This document shows positions 26,855 to 36,812 of a stretch of 64,000 nucleotides of DNA, one piece after another. A program made the translations under genes and the position numbers. The stretch lies in the IMG/VR virus record IMGVR_UViG_3300023178_000006. One strand, given 5' to 3'. The notes under the pieces are model-generated. The model did not search any database, was not told where the DNA came from, and saw nothing but the letters and a program-made list of their open reading frames with translations. Within the stretch, counting starts at the first letter, position 1. Every line of letters starts with the position of its first letter. The stretch comes from a virus (lineage: Duplodnaviria > Caudoviricetes).

Positions 26855-27208
26855 TTAAAGTAAATCCATAGACTTAGCAGCTCGTTGGACATGCTTATCC
26901 ATAAGAGCGTCAGCTTTAGAAGAGATAGTATCCCAATCAGGATTATTGAAATTACGTCCACGAAGATGTTGCATTACACCTGGGAAGAATTTTGAAACTT
27001 TACGAGTATCGTTATTACCTCCACCATTGTTGAAGATGTCGTAGTATGCGTTGACAACTTGACGAAATGTGTCAAGAGGCTTATTGATTCCTGAAGTATC
27101 ATCATCAGGTATGTTGTAACAAGGACCAGATACTGGAACCATGTTTTGCATTTTATCGGCGAGGTCTTGAAACTTTCCTGTTCCACCCCAGTAAGAATAA
27201 TCAGCCAT
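26855..27208 (-). CDS. Hypothetical early protein
   Basis: YWGGTGKFQ...AYYDIFNNGGGN; cassette promoter upstream. Confidence 0.75.
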   Translation of the reverse strand: MADYSYWGGTGKFQDLADKMQNMVPVSGPCYNIPDDDTSGINKPLDTFRQVVNAYYDIFNNGGGNNDTRKVSKFFPGVMQHLRGRNFNNPDWDTISSKADALMDKHVQRAAKSMDLL

Positions 27209-27241
27209 AATTTAACTCCTTTTCCAATTGATTATGATACC

Positions 27242-27300
27242 ATTCTATACCATTTCAAAGCAAATGTCAACTGTTTTTTGCAAAAAAGTTGCACTTTTTT
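27242..27300 (-). promoter_or_regulatory. Sigma70-type promoter with A6-GTTGCAC-T6 inverted repeat
   Basis: TTGACA-N17-TAGAAT; inverted repeat at 27282-27300. Confidence 0.87.
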
Positions 27301-27343
27301 TATATCAATTTGTTATAAGGAACCAAAAATATGGCTAATTATG

Positions 27344-27877
27344 TTATTTAGAAGGCTCCCAAGCATCTGAGAGGATGGTTTGAGCTCTATCTAATAGTAT
27401 TGGGTCAGCCTTAGTCAATACTTTCAAGAGATACTGTTTCTCATGCTTGTAAGCTTTATGAAAGAATTTTTGGTCGTGAGGAATGATAGTTTCACTATTG
27501 TGTATCAAATCCGCAACCTTAATCGTTTGAGTCTCAGCTGGACCTAGCGCAAAATGGTCCGCATCCATTTTCTTACGAAATGCACGGTTTCCATCTTCCT
27601 TTTCTGAGACGTTCGTACAGTAGTGTACGTATTCAGCAACTGTTGAGCCGAACTTTTCTTTTACATCTTGGAAAGTTACAGGTGTATCTTCTACTACATC
27701 ATGTAATAGAGCTGCAACTATCATTTCATCAGTGTGCTCAACTGAGTCTTCAAGGATTTTCGCGACACCAACTGGGTGAACGATGTAAGGTTCACCTGTG
27801 TATTTTCTTCGTTGGTCTCCATGCGCTTTTACCGCAAACATAAGAGCTTCACTAATTAATTTTTTGTCTTTTGCCAT
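27344..27877 (-). CDS. Stand-alone HD-domain hydrolase of the RelA/SpoT (small alarmone hydrolase/Mesh1-like) type
   Basis: AHGDQRRKYTGEPYIVHP, AALLHDVVEDT and IKVADLIHN. Confidence 0.85.
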   Translation of the reverse strand: MAKDKKLISEALMFAVKAHGDQRRKYTGEPYIVHPVGVAKILEDSVEHTDEMIVAALLHDVVEDTPVTFQDVKEKFGSTVAEYVHYCTNVSEKEDGNRAFRKKMDADHFALGPAETQTIKVADLIHNSETIIPHDQKFFHKAYKHEKQYLLKVLTKADPILLDRAQTILSDAWEPSK

Positions 27878-27879
27878 CT

Positions 27880-28602
27880 TTATTTCTTTGTAAAATATAT
27901 CATAAACTCAGCGGGTAAATCTTCAGTATAGATTTTTTCATCTATCATCTTGTCGTTCCAAATAAACTCTCCATATTGGGGATGTTGGTAACGAACTTGT
28001 CCGCCTCGTTCTAGATATGGTTTTAAAAAATCATCTCTAAACTTTTTAAAATCCTTTGCACCACTTGGTCCATGTCGTCTATGAACTTCGAGTGCTATAT
28101 GATTTACATTATCGCAAATCCATTCAAAATTTTCTTTTGTGAGAATATCATATTCTCCACCTTCACAATCAATCTTTAAAAAATCTATATTATCTATTTT
28201 ATAAAAATCAATAAATTGGTCGAAACTAAATTTCAACCAACTACCAGAAGTATCTTCATTATAAATGTGTTGTACATGGTTATCATCTGAAAGAATCGCT
28301 GCATGTACTGGTACAACCTTTGATTCTGTCTCATTAATAACATAATCAGCAGTGTTTTTAATAGCAGTCATTAAAAGGTCTTTATTTGGTTCAATCATAT
28401 AAACCTTATCAGCACCTTTGTCTAATGCCATACATGAGAACATACCAACGCAAGCTCCCACATCAACAACTACATCACCAGTTTTAGGAGGGTTCCACCA
28501 TTCATAATCATTATGAACAAAGAACTCTTTATGCATGTTTGCAACGTGGTCCATATCCAAGTTGCCCATATCCATATTCTTATTCAAAGCTTCATGATTC
28601 AT
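27880..28602 (-). CDS. FkbM-family methyltransferase (paralogue of 8925-9668)
   Basis: GDVVVDVGACVGMFS and IDFLKIDCEGGEY. Confidence 0.85.
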   Translation of the reverse strand: MNHEALNKNMDMGNLDMDHVANMHKEFFVHNDYEWWNPPKTGDVVVDVGACVGMFSCMALDKGADKVYMIEPNKDLLMTAIKNTADYVINETESKVVPVHAAILSDDNHVQHIYNEDTSGSWLKFSFDQFIDFYKIDNIDFLKIDCEGGEYDILTKENFEWICDNVNHIALEVHRRHGPSGAKDFKKFRDDFLKPYLERGGQVRYQHPQYGEFIWNDKMIDEKIYTEDLPAEFMIYFTKK

Positions 28603-28629
28603 TTGTTAATTCACCTTCTTCAAAATCGT

Positions 28630-28658
28630 ATTATACCACAGCTTTTTGAAAATGTCAA
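28630..28658 (-). promoter_or_regulatory. Sigma70-type early promoter
   Basis: TTGACA-N17-TATAAT, nearly identical to the 8146 promoter. Confidence 0.87.
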
Positions 28659-28661
28659 CTG

Positions 28662-29021
28662 TTAATGAACAGTTTGATTTCCAGTTTCAAACATAACGTC
28701 AAGCATATCGTGACAGTGTTCTGTATAACCTGCCTTAATTATATCTACTACATGAGGAAATTCAGTATCTGTATCCACTTCAGCTACGAGTAAATCTCGT
28801 TTCTTTCCCGCGTGGAACATATCTTTTATATAGAAGTTTGCTGCCTTATCAGATTTGAAAGAACATGCGGTTGTCAATCCGAAAGGATTGTTAGCAGCAA
28901 AACACGCATAAATTCTATTATCATCTTCTCTTCCTAGTTCACGCCCATCGTAAGTGCCTAGGAATACACCCATGTCTTTATCAATTATTATGTACCTTTT
29001 CTTTTTCATAGAGGTTGGCAT
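28662..29021 (-). CDS. Hypothetical protein
   Basis: 119 aa ORF in operon. Confidence 0.7.
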   Translation of the reverse strand: MPTSMKKKRYIIIDKDMGVFLGTYDGRELGREDDNRIYACFAANNPFGLTTACSFKSDKAANFYIKDMFHAGKKRDLLVAEVDTDTEFPHVVDIIKAGYTEHCHDMLDVMFETGNQTVH

Positions 29022-29670
29022 ATGTCTCCCTAACCGCTTTGAAGTGTTCTATATAATCGTCTGGGTTGATAAAGAATTCTTGTGGTTCAGCGTCATCTAC
29101 CCCGATTAAAACTACTCCTTGTTCTACTTTTTGTCCTGTTCTTTCTTCAAATGCTTTCGCATAAAAAGACACTTGCATAAAATAGTTTTGTATTTGGTCA
29201 ACTGATTTTAATCTTCGAGAAGTTTTAAAATCAATAACCGAAAGTTTACCATCATATTCAGCGATACAATCTACTTGGCCCGCAGTTTGCAATTCGTCAG
29301 AATATAGAAAAGCTTCCTGGAACCATATATTATTTATCTTATTGTCAAGTAGTGGTTTCATAGTGTTAAACATAAAAAGATTAGCAGGTTGTACACCTTC
29401 TTTATAATCTTCTTTATTGTCTAAGTAGTTTTCACAGAGTTTATGAACTGCAGTACCTCGTCTAGCAGCTTGAGAAGAAATACGATTCGCTTCTTCTTCA
29501 CCTACACGTTTCCGCCAGGCCATTAATGAAGCTTTTCCTAGAATACCTAACACAGTTGTGACTGATGGGTATGCTTCACCTGTTGGTGTGAAGTATCTTC
29601 TTCCTTGTTCTGTTGTTTTTCTTGTTATGGGAGGTAAATCAATCCCGTGGTTGTGGTGTTCAAATAACAT
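28981..29670 (-). CDS. PD-(D/E)XK exonuclease
   Basis: YPSVTTVL, RGTAVHKLCE and AGQVDCIAEYDGKLSVIDFKTS. Confidence 0.88.
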   Translation of the reverse strand: MLFEHHNHGIDLPPITRKTTEQGRRYFTPTGEAYPSVTTVLGILGKASLMAWRKRVGEEEANRISSQAARRGTAVHKLCENYLDNKEDYKEGVQPANLFMFNTMKPLLDNKINNIWFQEAFLYSDELQTAGQVDCIAEYDGKLSVIDFKTSRRLKSVDQIQNYFMQVSFYAKAFEERTGQKVEQGVVLIGVDDAEPQEFFINPDDYIEHFKAVRETYANLYEKEKVHNN

Positions 29671-29688
29671 AATATAATATCCTTGAGC

Positions 29689-29991
29689 TTATGTGATGTC
29701 TACAGTTCTAGAATCTCCTATTTTCCATTGAGCTCTAAATTGTTCTGCAATATGAGGACTTTCAAAAAAGAAAGTATATTGTTGGTCTTCTGGGTTGAAT
29801 GAGTGAGACCAGACTTTTTCATCAAGTACTGATGTACACCATGCTAGGCATTCAGCACCTGAATCTTTAAGATTTTTTGGTAACTTAACTCGGTATGAGT
29901 TTTTAGTTAACCATTGTAATTTGTAATTGTCTACTGTTTCCTGTATCATAATTCTATTCTCTAAAAAGAATGGCGAGGTTGCCCTCGCCAC
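29689..29991 (-). CDS. Hypothetical protein
   Basis: ORF in operon; likely start at MIQETVD. Confidence 0.6.
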   Translation of the reverse strand: MARATSPFFLENRIMIQETVDNYKLQWLTKNSYRVKLPKNLKDSGAECLAWCTSVLDEKVWSHSFNPEDQQYTFFFESPHIAEQFRAQWKIGDSRTVDIT

Positions 29992-30002
29992 CTCGTCAAA
30001 AT

Positions 30003-30770
30003 TTAAGCCACCGCAAATTGGGGCGAAAACTTAGTGTTAATTGTCTCCTTTGCTATTATATATTCTTTAACTAAACCGCTTCTTACGATGTCATTTACAT
30101 TGAACTCAATTGTTCTGAAAGATTTATGCATCTTATTAATAACACTCATAAAGCCGTCTAATCCCGATACGTCGTTTCGATTTCTCGAATTCAACAAGTC
30201 ATCTTGTTTAGTATCTCCACAGAATATGATTCGTGAAGATTCACCTACTCTTGTGATGATACTATCAAGTTCATGATATGTCATTGATTGACATTCATCT
30301 ACTACAATAATAGAATTATCAAACGTCAATCCTCGTACAAAAGAAGAAGTCATAAATTTGACCTGGCGTTTTTGTTTGAGAATTTCCCAAGCATCGCCTC
30401 TCCCAAATAAATCACATGTGATGTCTGCATAAGGTGTAGAATAAACAGCTTCTTTTTGTGCCTGAGTACCTGGCATGAATCCTTGTTCCCGTGTTTGTAC
30501 AGCCGACCTTACGATAATTAATTGTTCGTATTGGTCTGATTCGAGAATGGATTTTAATCCTAAGTACATGGCGCACATAGTTTTTCCAGTCCCTGCTGTA
30601 CCGATTGCTGCTATATTATATCCCGCACGATATGAGTCAAACATATCTTCCTGTGTGATTGTAATGGGTTTTATCGGTCTCATACTGAATTTGGAATTTA
30701 GCGTTCCGGTCTTCAATTCACGTTCTAATCTTCGTCTCTCCTTTTGAGAAATACGACGTTGTTTCGACAT
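30003..30770 (-). CDS. phoH: PhoH-family ATPase
   Basis: GTAGTGKT, FVRGLTFDNSIIVVDECQ and FCGDTKQDDL. Confidence 0.93.
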   Translation of the reverse strand: MSKQRRISQKERRRLERELKTGTLNSKFSMRPIKPITITQEDMFDSYRAGYNIAAIGTAGTGKTMCAMYLGLKSILESDQYEQLIIVRSAVQTREQGFMPGTQAQKEAVYSTPYADITCDLFGRGDAWEILKQKRQVKFMTSSFVRGLTFDNSIIVVDECQSMTYHELDSIITRVGESSRIIFCGDTKQDDLLNSRNRNDVSGLDGFMSVINKMHKSFRTIEFNVNDIVRSGLVKEYIIAKETINTKFSPQFAVA

Positions 30771-30814
30771 ATATAACCTCCTTATGGCAAATCAACATCA
30801 TAATGTAAAGGTTA

Positions 30815-31057
30815 TTATTTCCAATCGTTGATTTTGTTTCCTGTGTAACTTTTATTGTTTTTCATCGACGAAAGCAAATCACGAAATCCTTGGTCGGGTT
30901 TCATTCGACCAAGACGCGCAGACTCAATCACGGTTTGTCCGCTAATAATTTGTTTAAGGTTGGGATTATCTTTGAGGAAGGCTTCCCTTTCCGAGATTTT
31001 GAGAATTTTCTCGAAGGTTTCACCTGTTTCTTTATCTTGAAATTCGTATGTTGGCAT
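30815..31057 (-). CDS. FmdB-like small protein (Cys ligands absent)
   Basis: MPTYEFQDKETGETFE N-terminus. Confidence 0.7.
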   Translation of the reverse strand: MPTYEFQDKETGETFEKILKISEREAFLKDNPNLKQIISGQTVIESARLGRMKPDQGFRDLLSSMKNNKSYTGNKINDWK

Positions 31058-31088
31058 TAAATAGTAATCCAGACTTTCATAAATTTAT

Positions 31089-31715
31089 TTATACGATATG
31101 TTCGTACAGTTCTTTCCAATTTTTAACTTTTGGAAAATTATCTGATTGGTAGTCTTTATTATGAGTGTGTTCAATCAGGAAGGGTCTCAGACCTAATTCA
31201 TGCCCTAGTTCTGCATTGACAGGTTTATCCTCCACCCAAATACATCCTGTGTTTCTGTATGGTTCCAGTGCATCGTCTTTATCAGCGCCACAAGGTAGGC
31301 AAACTACTTCTTCAAATATATTTTTACCAAATAGCTTTTCGAGGTTTCTTACTCTCAGTTTTTTAGCATAAGGGTCTGTGCTTAGAGAAGTAATACAATG
31401 GAATACGTATCCATGTTCTTCATGTAATTTTCTTACATACTTAACTGCATCTCTAAGAGAATGAAGGAAACCAATCTGTGCACTTTCATTAAATTGAATG
31501 ATTAATGATTTACCTTCAGCGTATGGTATACCAAAGCTTTCATTAATCTTATAATGACCAGGTTCTTTTACTTCATACCCTCTATTAATCATAAACTGAT
31601 AGAAGCTATATTCCCAATCAAGAAGAACACCATCACAATCGACAAGAATCACCTTGTCGCTTATATCCATTTCTCTAAACACGTTAGTGTTACTACCGTA
31701 AATTTTCATAATCAA
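31089..31715 (-). CDS. HAD-family 5'(3')-deoxyribonucleotidase-like protein
   Basis: ILVDCDGVLLDW and IWVEDKPVN. Confidence 0.8.
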   Translation of the reverse strand: MIMKIYGSNTNVFREMDISDKVILVDCDGVLLDWEYSFYQFMINRGYEVKEPGHYKINESFGIPYAEGKSLIIQFNESAQIGFLHSLRDAVKYVRKLHEEHGYVFHCITSLSTDPYAKKLRVRNLEKLFGKNIFEEVVCLPCGADKDDALEPYRNTGCIWVEDKPVNAELGHELGLRPFLIEHTHNKDYQSDNFPKVKNWKELYEHIV

Positions 31716-31720
31716 GTTGT

Positions 31721-31749
31721 ATTATAACACAGTTTTTTGCATTTGTCAA
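31721..31749 (-). promoter_or_regulatory. Sigma70-type promoter
   Basis: TTGACA-N17-TATAAT. Confidence 0.85.
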
Positions 31750-31957
31750 CTGTTGTCTGACCAATCTTTAAAATTTTTGAATTTTTCTGACCTGCGTTGA
31801 CGTCGAGTGTCACGTCTTTGTTTCTTCTTACGTTCAGACTTTCTATCTTCTCGTCTGTTATATTCGTTCCACTCTTCTTTATTTTTATCACGAAAGCTTC
31901 TAAAGCCTTTCCGAGACATCGAATCATTATCCTTAGGTCATATAGACCAAATCTAAT

Positions 31958-32395
31958 TTAGACTCTAATAGGGTCTGTGAAAATTGTTGGGAAAGCAGTT
32001 TCAACTGTTTTCTTAGTAAGTCCTTTCACTGCAGTGTGACTAATCATATTTTTTGCCAATAAGTCAGCGTCACCATTTTCAATATCTTCTAATAAAGAAA
32101 TGAATAGTGATTCTCTTTTGACTTGTGGTAAATCGTCATAGCCTCCTCCTTTAAAGAAAATACGCAGTCTACGAGCTTCTCTATAAAGTAGAGTTGTCGC
32201 ATCTGGAAAATTATTTTTCTTCCAAGGTGGTGGAGTGTCTGGTACTAAGAATTCGATATCTTCATCATAGATAAGTCTTAGTACAGTTCTTACTGGAACA
32301 GCATCATTTTGTTGAAGCCATTCTGCTTTTTCTTTTACTGATTTAAACTCTTTGCACTTATTCAGTACTTCAGAGATTGATAGTTTGATAGCCAT
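31958..32395 (-). CDS. Hypothetical protein
   Basis: ISEVL...LYREARRLRIFFKGG...KRESLFISLLE. Confidence 0.8.
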   Translation of the reverse strand: MAIKLSISEVLNKCKEFKSVKEKAEWLQQNDAVPVRTVLRLIYDEDIEFLVPDTPPPWKKNNFPDATTLLYREARRLRIFFKGGGYDDLPQVKRESLFISLLEDIENGDADLLAKNMISHTAVKGLTKKTVETAFPTIFTDPIRV

Positions 32396-32398
32396 AAT

Positions 32399-33259
32399 TT
32401 AAAAATCCTGTATATCTGTTATTAAGTTTTTTAATTTTTTCTTAACAAAGAAATTAAAGAGATGTTCTCTACCCACATTCTTTTCAGTGTGGTATGCTTC
32501 GAGAATTGTATCTTTATATTCTTGTGGAATTTCAGATAAGTCAATCATCTTCTTATTTCGATTGTATCGAAGTTTTGTTTCTTCGTCCATACATTCTGGT
32601 TCAGTTGTAAACGCAGTAATCTTTTTCTTAGTCATTGGTCTTTGACGTTCACCAATGGCGAGACAATTATCAGCACTAAGAATATTAGGAATACCGTCGC
32701 CTACATCACCTTTCAATATGTGTTCTGAAAGGTATTTATTTGGATTGTCATTCCTTACCCAACGCTTAAGAGTTGGATTGTACTGGTCTACATTCGCATA
32801 CTTATGTAATTGAATAAAGTCCTTATCACCAGAAAGAATTAAAAACCTTTCGCCACCAGTATTCAGTTCAGTACCTTCTTCGTGAATAATGGTTGCAATA
32901 ATATCGTCAGCTTCACACCTTTCGATATAGAGTACCTTATAAGGAAAGTACTCAGTAATTTCTTCTCTTATTTGATGAATAGCTTCGAAGAGCTTGTTCC
33001 AATCCATGTCGGATTCATCTCTACTCTTTTTCCTATTCGCTTTATAATAAGGGAAGTAGTCACGCCTCCATACGTCTTTATTATCGACACATAGGATAAT
33101 TTCACCATAATCTTCGTGAAACTTTTTCCTATTGAAGCGTAACGAGTTTAAGAACATATGCCTTAATAAGTTTTCATCAAGGTCAATGTCCGTATGATTA
33201 CCAATCTGTGCAAACAAAGATGAGAGCATCATTTGGTTATAATCTACTAAAATAGCCAT
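32399..33259 (-). CDS. rnh: T4-type RNase H (5'-3' exonuclease)
   Basis: ILVDYNQ, WRRDYFPYYKANRKK, EADDII, SGDKDFIQL and ILKGDVGDGIPN. Confidence 0.95.
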   Translation of the reverse strand: MAILVDYNQMMLSSLFAQIGNHTDIDLDENLLRHMFLNSLRFNRKKFHEDYGEIILCVDNKDVWRRDYFPYYKANRKKSRDESDMDWNKLFEAIHQIREEITEYFPYKVLYIERCEADDIIATIIHEEGTELNTGGERFLILSGDKDFIQLHKYANVDQYNPTLKRWVRNDNPNKYLSEHILKGDVGDGIPNILSADNCLAIGERQRPMTKKKITAFTTEPECMDEETKLRYNRNKKMIDLSEIPQEYKDTILEAYHTEKNVGREHLFNFFVKKKLKNLITDIQDF

Positions 33260-33292
33260 AATATAATTCCAATTTAATTTAATTCAGTGTAT

Positions 33293-33321
33293 ATTTTAAT
33301 CTATTTCTTCATCATTGTCAA
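33293..33321 (-). promoter_or_regulatory. Sigma70-type promoter upstream of rnh
   Basis: TTGACA-N17-TAAAAT. Confidence 0.7.
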
Positions 33322-33691
33322 CTGTTTTTTGCAAATCTTTTTTCAGACCGCCTACAGTTTGAGCTTCACCACTCTCCATTATAACTACATTTTCCTCTGC
33401 AAACCTTTGAAGAGGGTGGTCTAAGCCCATAGTTAATGAATGTAATGATTTGATGGATTCAAAAATTAAAATCATACTTGGAAAGTATTTGTCAATCTGT
33501 GAATCAAAATCACACCCTGCTCTGGTCATTTCACCCAGAACGTTTTCCCATAATATTTCTGCTAATTCTGTAGAATAGCTTTCTTTATATCTTAATAATC
33601 TGTCACTAACATCACTCGCACTAAGTGGAGGGTTGTCTATGTGTATGTTTGGAAATTGAACAACATTATCCGGCTTCTTGTTCTTTGCCAT
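33296..33691 (-). CDS. Hypothetical protein
   Basis: 131 aa, DNVVQFP N-terminus. Confidence 0.75.
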   Translation of the reverse strand: MAKNKKPDNVVQFPNIHIDNPPLSASDVSDRLLRYKESYSTELAEILWENVLGEMTRAGCDFDSQIDKYFPSMILIFESIKSLHSLTMGLDHPLQRFAEENVVIMESGEAQTVGGLKKDLQKTVDNDEEID

Positions 33692-34637
33692 GTATAATAT
33701 TCCTTAGAAGCGTTTCCCACATAACTTTAAATGAAGCGATATTATTTCGAGCTAAGTTGAAACGGTCCGAATAAGTGAAACCGTGGAAATAGTTAGAGTC
33801 TTGTTTCATACTCTGTAATACTTGTTTTGTCACTGCATAACAATAGTTTGCATGTGCCTGATTCACTTCATTAAAATCATACATGATTGTAGCGTTTGAA
33901 GCAGTCTCTGGTAATGCACCGTAATTTGGGTGAATACAAATCATCTGACTCTTAATTGCTTCAATCAACGCAATACAAGAAGTTTCTTTCCACACGTTGG
34001 GATACATGAAAATATGCGATTTGTCTAATGCTTCTAGTACTTCTTCATTCGAAACATTTCCATGGTAAGTCATATTGTCATGCGACTCTATAGTTTTAAA
34101 CAATCCTTGGTAAGGCTCATCTCTTTGTGGCCAACCGTAAATATCGAATGAACTATAAACATCCAAATGTATATTATCGAAATCATTACACAAAGCATCA
34201 AAGATTGGAACGACAAGTTCTAATCCACGATGAGGTGTTGTATGATAAACGAAACGGATTGTTTCCATATCTTTTTCTTTTGGTGAGTATTCTTTCTCAA
34301 CAGCATTATGAATAACTGAACACTTAGAATATGGAATACCAAATCTTAAGACATATTGGTCTCTTTGCCATGCTGATACAAAAACGAAATGGTCAAATTT
34401 TTTCCAACCATCGTCTAATAAGATTTTATTCTCTGGGTCTTCAGCTAAATCATGGCACCATAAAACATTAGGTACATCTTCATACATCTCTCTTGGTCTT
34501 GATAAATGTACTGCAACTTTCTCTAAAATACTTTTATCAACGTTATCAACGAAACGTTGACGCATCATTTCAGTTCCACCCTTTGAATTTTTGGATAGTT
34601 CTGAATCGATTACTTGACCTTTATATACTACACTCAC
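33666..34637 (-). CDS. Glycosyltransferase, GT-B/GT4-like
   Basis: FVYHTTPHRGLE, YPNVWKETSCIALIEA and YGALPET. Confidence 0.85.
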   Translation of the reverse strand: MSVVYKGQVIDSELSKNSKGGTEMMRQRFVDNVDKSILEKVAVHLSRPREMYEDVPNVLWCHDLAEDPENKILLDDGWKKFDHFVFVSAWQRDQYVLRFGIPYSKCSVIHNAVEKEYSPKEKDMETIRFVYHTTPHRGLELVVPIFDALCNDFDNIHLDVYSSFDIYGWPQRDEPYQGLFKTIESHDNMTYHGNVSNEEVLEALDKSHIFMYPNVWKETSCIALIEAIKSQMICIHPNYGALPETASNATIMYDFNEVNQAHANYCYAVTKQVLQSMKQDSNYFHGFTYSDRFNLARNNIASFKVMWETLLRNIIHGKEQEAG

Positions 34638-34819
34638 TTTACATACTCCTGAACATTAACAGTTTCATTATCGATTTCTTTTTCTAGTTGTTCTGCTCTA
34701 TTTTCCAATACACTAATTGTAGTATAGAAATGACCTTTTGCTTGACCACCTAGTTCACGTTTAAATTCTTCTACTAATTCCCAAATTGCTTTGAGTTTAT
34801 TTACTTTACTTAATCTCAT
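34634..34819 (-). CDS. Small hypothetical protein
   Basis: GHFYTTISVLENRAEQLE; overlaps both neighbours by 4 nt. Confidence 0.65.
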   Translation of the reverse strand: MRLSKVNKLKAIWELVEEFKRELGGQAKGHFYTTISVLENRAEQLEKEIDNETVNVQEYVK

Positions 34820-35592
34820 AATTTTGCATCTCCAAATATGTCATCTAATGATTTTTGACTTCCTTTCTTGTCCCACCAATCTGTTAAGTATTCATAAGAA
34901 TAAATCGCTGACGGCGTTTGTTCGTTATAACAATATATATTCTTCGAACGGAAGTCAGTGACGTTATGATTAAACAATGGGAATGTAATCACATCTCCAA
35001 ATCCGCATAATACATTATTTTCAAATGCGTTAGCGGAACCGAGTGGCATTCTAAAATGAAGTTTGCCTGGGAAAGCACCAAAATAATAGTCGAGTAATAC
35101 TTCAGCATACTTTCTTTTCAGTACATAAACTTGTAATCCGTGGTCCCATTCCGTACGCCTACGCGGGAACATGGGAGGATATTCATGCCAAACATCATAA
35201 GGATACTCAAATACTAATCCTAGTTGTAGAGCACCCCAATCATAATCATTACACCTTTCAATGTATTCACTTAACGTAAAATTCCAATGTTCTAAAGGTG
35301 TGAAGTCAACATCATCTTCTAAGAAAATACCATACTCTTCGTCAGTATTTTCGTACCACCACTTAATAGTTAAAAGGTGAGATGATGTAACACCTTTGGT
35401 ACATTTGCTAATTAAATCAGGGTCACCTTCAAAAGGAATACTGACTCCTTCTTCATATCTATCATAAACGTGTATCTTATAGTTGTCAACACCTAAGCGT
35501 TTGAATTCGCTTTCTGTTAACTCTTTTCTATCAGTACACTCTTTTAAGTTTATGACGTTAAGCGTCGGTAGGTTCTTCAGTCGATAAGTCAT
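34816..35592 (-). CDS. Glycosyltransferase family 25-like protein
   Basis: VINLKECTDRK, GVTSSHLLTIK and IFLEDDV. Confidence 0.8.
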   Translation of the reverse strand: MTYRLKNLPTLNVINLKECTDRKELTESEFKRLGVDNYKIHVYDRYEEGVSIPFEGDPDLISKCTKGVTSSHLLTIKWWYENTDEEYGIFLEDDVDFTPLEHWNFTLSEYIERCNDYDWGALQLGLVFEYPYDVWHEYPPMFPRRRTEWDHGLQVYVLKRKYAEVLLDYYFGAFPGKLHFRMPLGSANAFENNVLCGFGDVITFPLFNHNVTDFRSKNIYCYNEQTPSAIYSYEYLTDWWDKKGSQKSLDDIFGDAKL

Positions 35593-36211
35593 ATTGTAAT
35601 TTTAACTCACTATGTATGTCCATTAATGTATTGTGGAAATTTCTTAAAGAACCATTGTTATGAATTCGATATGTTTTAATATCGAACTTTTCATCTAAAA
35701 CAAAAGACTTTTCAATCGGTGTTTCATGACCAATTGTATATTCTTTAAAAAGTTTTCCGTCGAAGTATCTACGTGAATCAGTTGAGAAATCATGTCCCTC
35801 TCTTGTGATTTGAACAAGGACAATGTTTTCTTCACCTAATTTTTCGATTATTGGTTCTAACTCTTCGATGAATCCACCATCTGCAATAGCATAGCTTTTT
35901 CCATCTTCAATCTCTTCAGCAACCATGCGTCCAAAATAATCTTTTCCATTTTTTGGTTTGACTATATCTTCAGATACATGAATCATTGCTTCTCTACGAG
36001 ACATTTCTTTAAGAGCGAACTCTTTCTTTTCTTTTACTTCTCTATCGTCATAACCTTCCATAAACCAGTCTTTATCGACTTCGAAGTGATTAATTGTTTC
36101 TTTGAACAATTGGTATTTAAAACTCAGGTTACCGAAACCAAATACTTCTTTAAATAAAGAAGCAGCTTCGTCTTTACCTGAACCGGGCGGGCCATTGAAA
36201 ATTACTATCAT
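35558..36211 (-). CDS. Deoxynucleoside monophosphate kinase (gp1-like)
   Basis: FNGPPGSGKD P-loop, SRREAMIHVSE and DGGFIEE. Confidence 0.82.
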   Translation of the reverse strand: MIVIFNGPPGSGKDEAASLFKEVFGFGNLSFKYQLFKETINHFEVDKDWFMEGYDDREVKEKKEFALKEMSRREAMIHVSEDIVKPKNGKDYFGRMVAEEIEDGKSYAIADGGFIEELEPIIEKLGEENIVLVQITREGHDFSTDSRRYFDGKLFKEYTIGHETPIEKSFVLDEKFDIKTYRIHNNGSLRNFHNTLMDIHSELKLQYDLSTEEPTDA

Positions 36212-36774
36212 ACGTCTTTTTCCAAATTAAAAATCTGATGGAATCCAAATTTTGCCATATAGTATGAGTCGGCTATATCACTTATAGGATTCCACTGTTT
36301 GTTTATTATACCACATTTCTCGCGAATGTCAACCCCTGTTTCAGATTCAAAAGCTTCTATCATCATTTCTTTATTGCAATTCCCTTTGTCAGTGGCAAAT
36401 TTCTTTATCATTGTTGGTGCATAAATATCTACACCAATATGTTGTTCCCATAATTTATATTTTAGTAAGCCAGCATTCTCAGCAATTTGAAATACTCTTC
36501 CAACTGCACCAAATGCATAACCTTCTAGTGAAACTATATCTACACCTCGATTTAAACAAGTACTTATAGACCATTCTGCAAGTCTGTCAAATCTCTCCAT
36601 ATCTTCTCTATATTGAGGATATAGAGTTGGTAAGTATTGAGAGTCCTCTGTATTCAAAAACTTTTCTTTACTTACTAAATAGTAAAAAGTGCAATTCTTA
36701 TAATCCCACTCTTTACCTTCGTGAACACAAATAGCAGGGCTACTTAAACTGTAATCTATTCCTGCAATAACCAT
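36208..36774 (-). CDS. RuvC-like nuclease/resolvase
   Basis: IAGIDYS, LEGYAFG, IKKFATDKGN and DIADSY. Confidence 0.75.
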   Translation of the reverse strand: MVIAGIDYSLSSPAICVHEGKEWDYKNCTFYYLVSKEKFLNTEDSQYLPTLYPQYREDMERFDRLAEWSISTCLNRGVDIVSLEGYAFGAVGRVFQIAENAGLLKYKLWEQHIGVDIYAPTMIKKFATDKGNCNKEMMIEAFESETGVDIREKCGIINKQWNPISDIADSYYMAKFGFHQIFNLEKDV

Positions 36775-36812
36775 AACATATCTCTTGTTTCACTGTACAT
36801 AGAGATATTTAT

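Noticed and set aside
26743-26961. 72-aa ORF
   Set aside because: Its C-terminal part (KTVDKFALIWYN) is the translated promoter cassette, and it overlaps a real gene out of frame
28981-29670. Cas4 assignment for the exonuclease
   Set aside because: Lacks the four Fe-S cysteines and any cas context; treated as an ordinary phage PD-(D/E)XK exonuclease
31712-31927. 71-aa ORF ending TTVDKCKKLCYNTT
   Set aside because: The tail is the translated TTGACA...TATAAT promoter; a shorter real peptide cannot be excluded but is not supported
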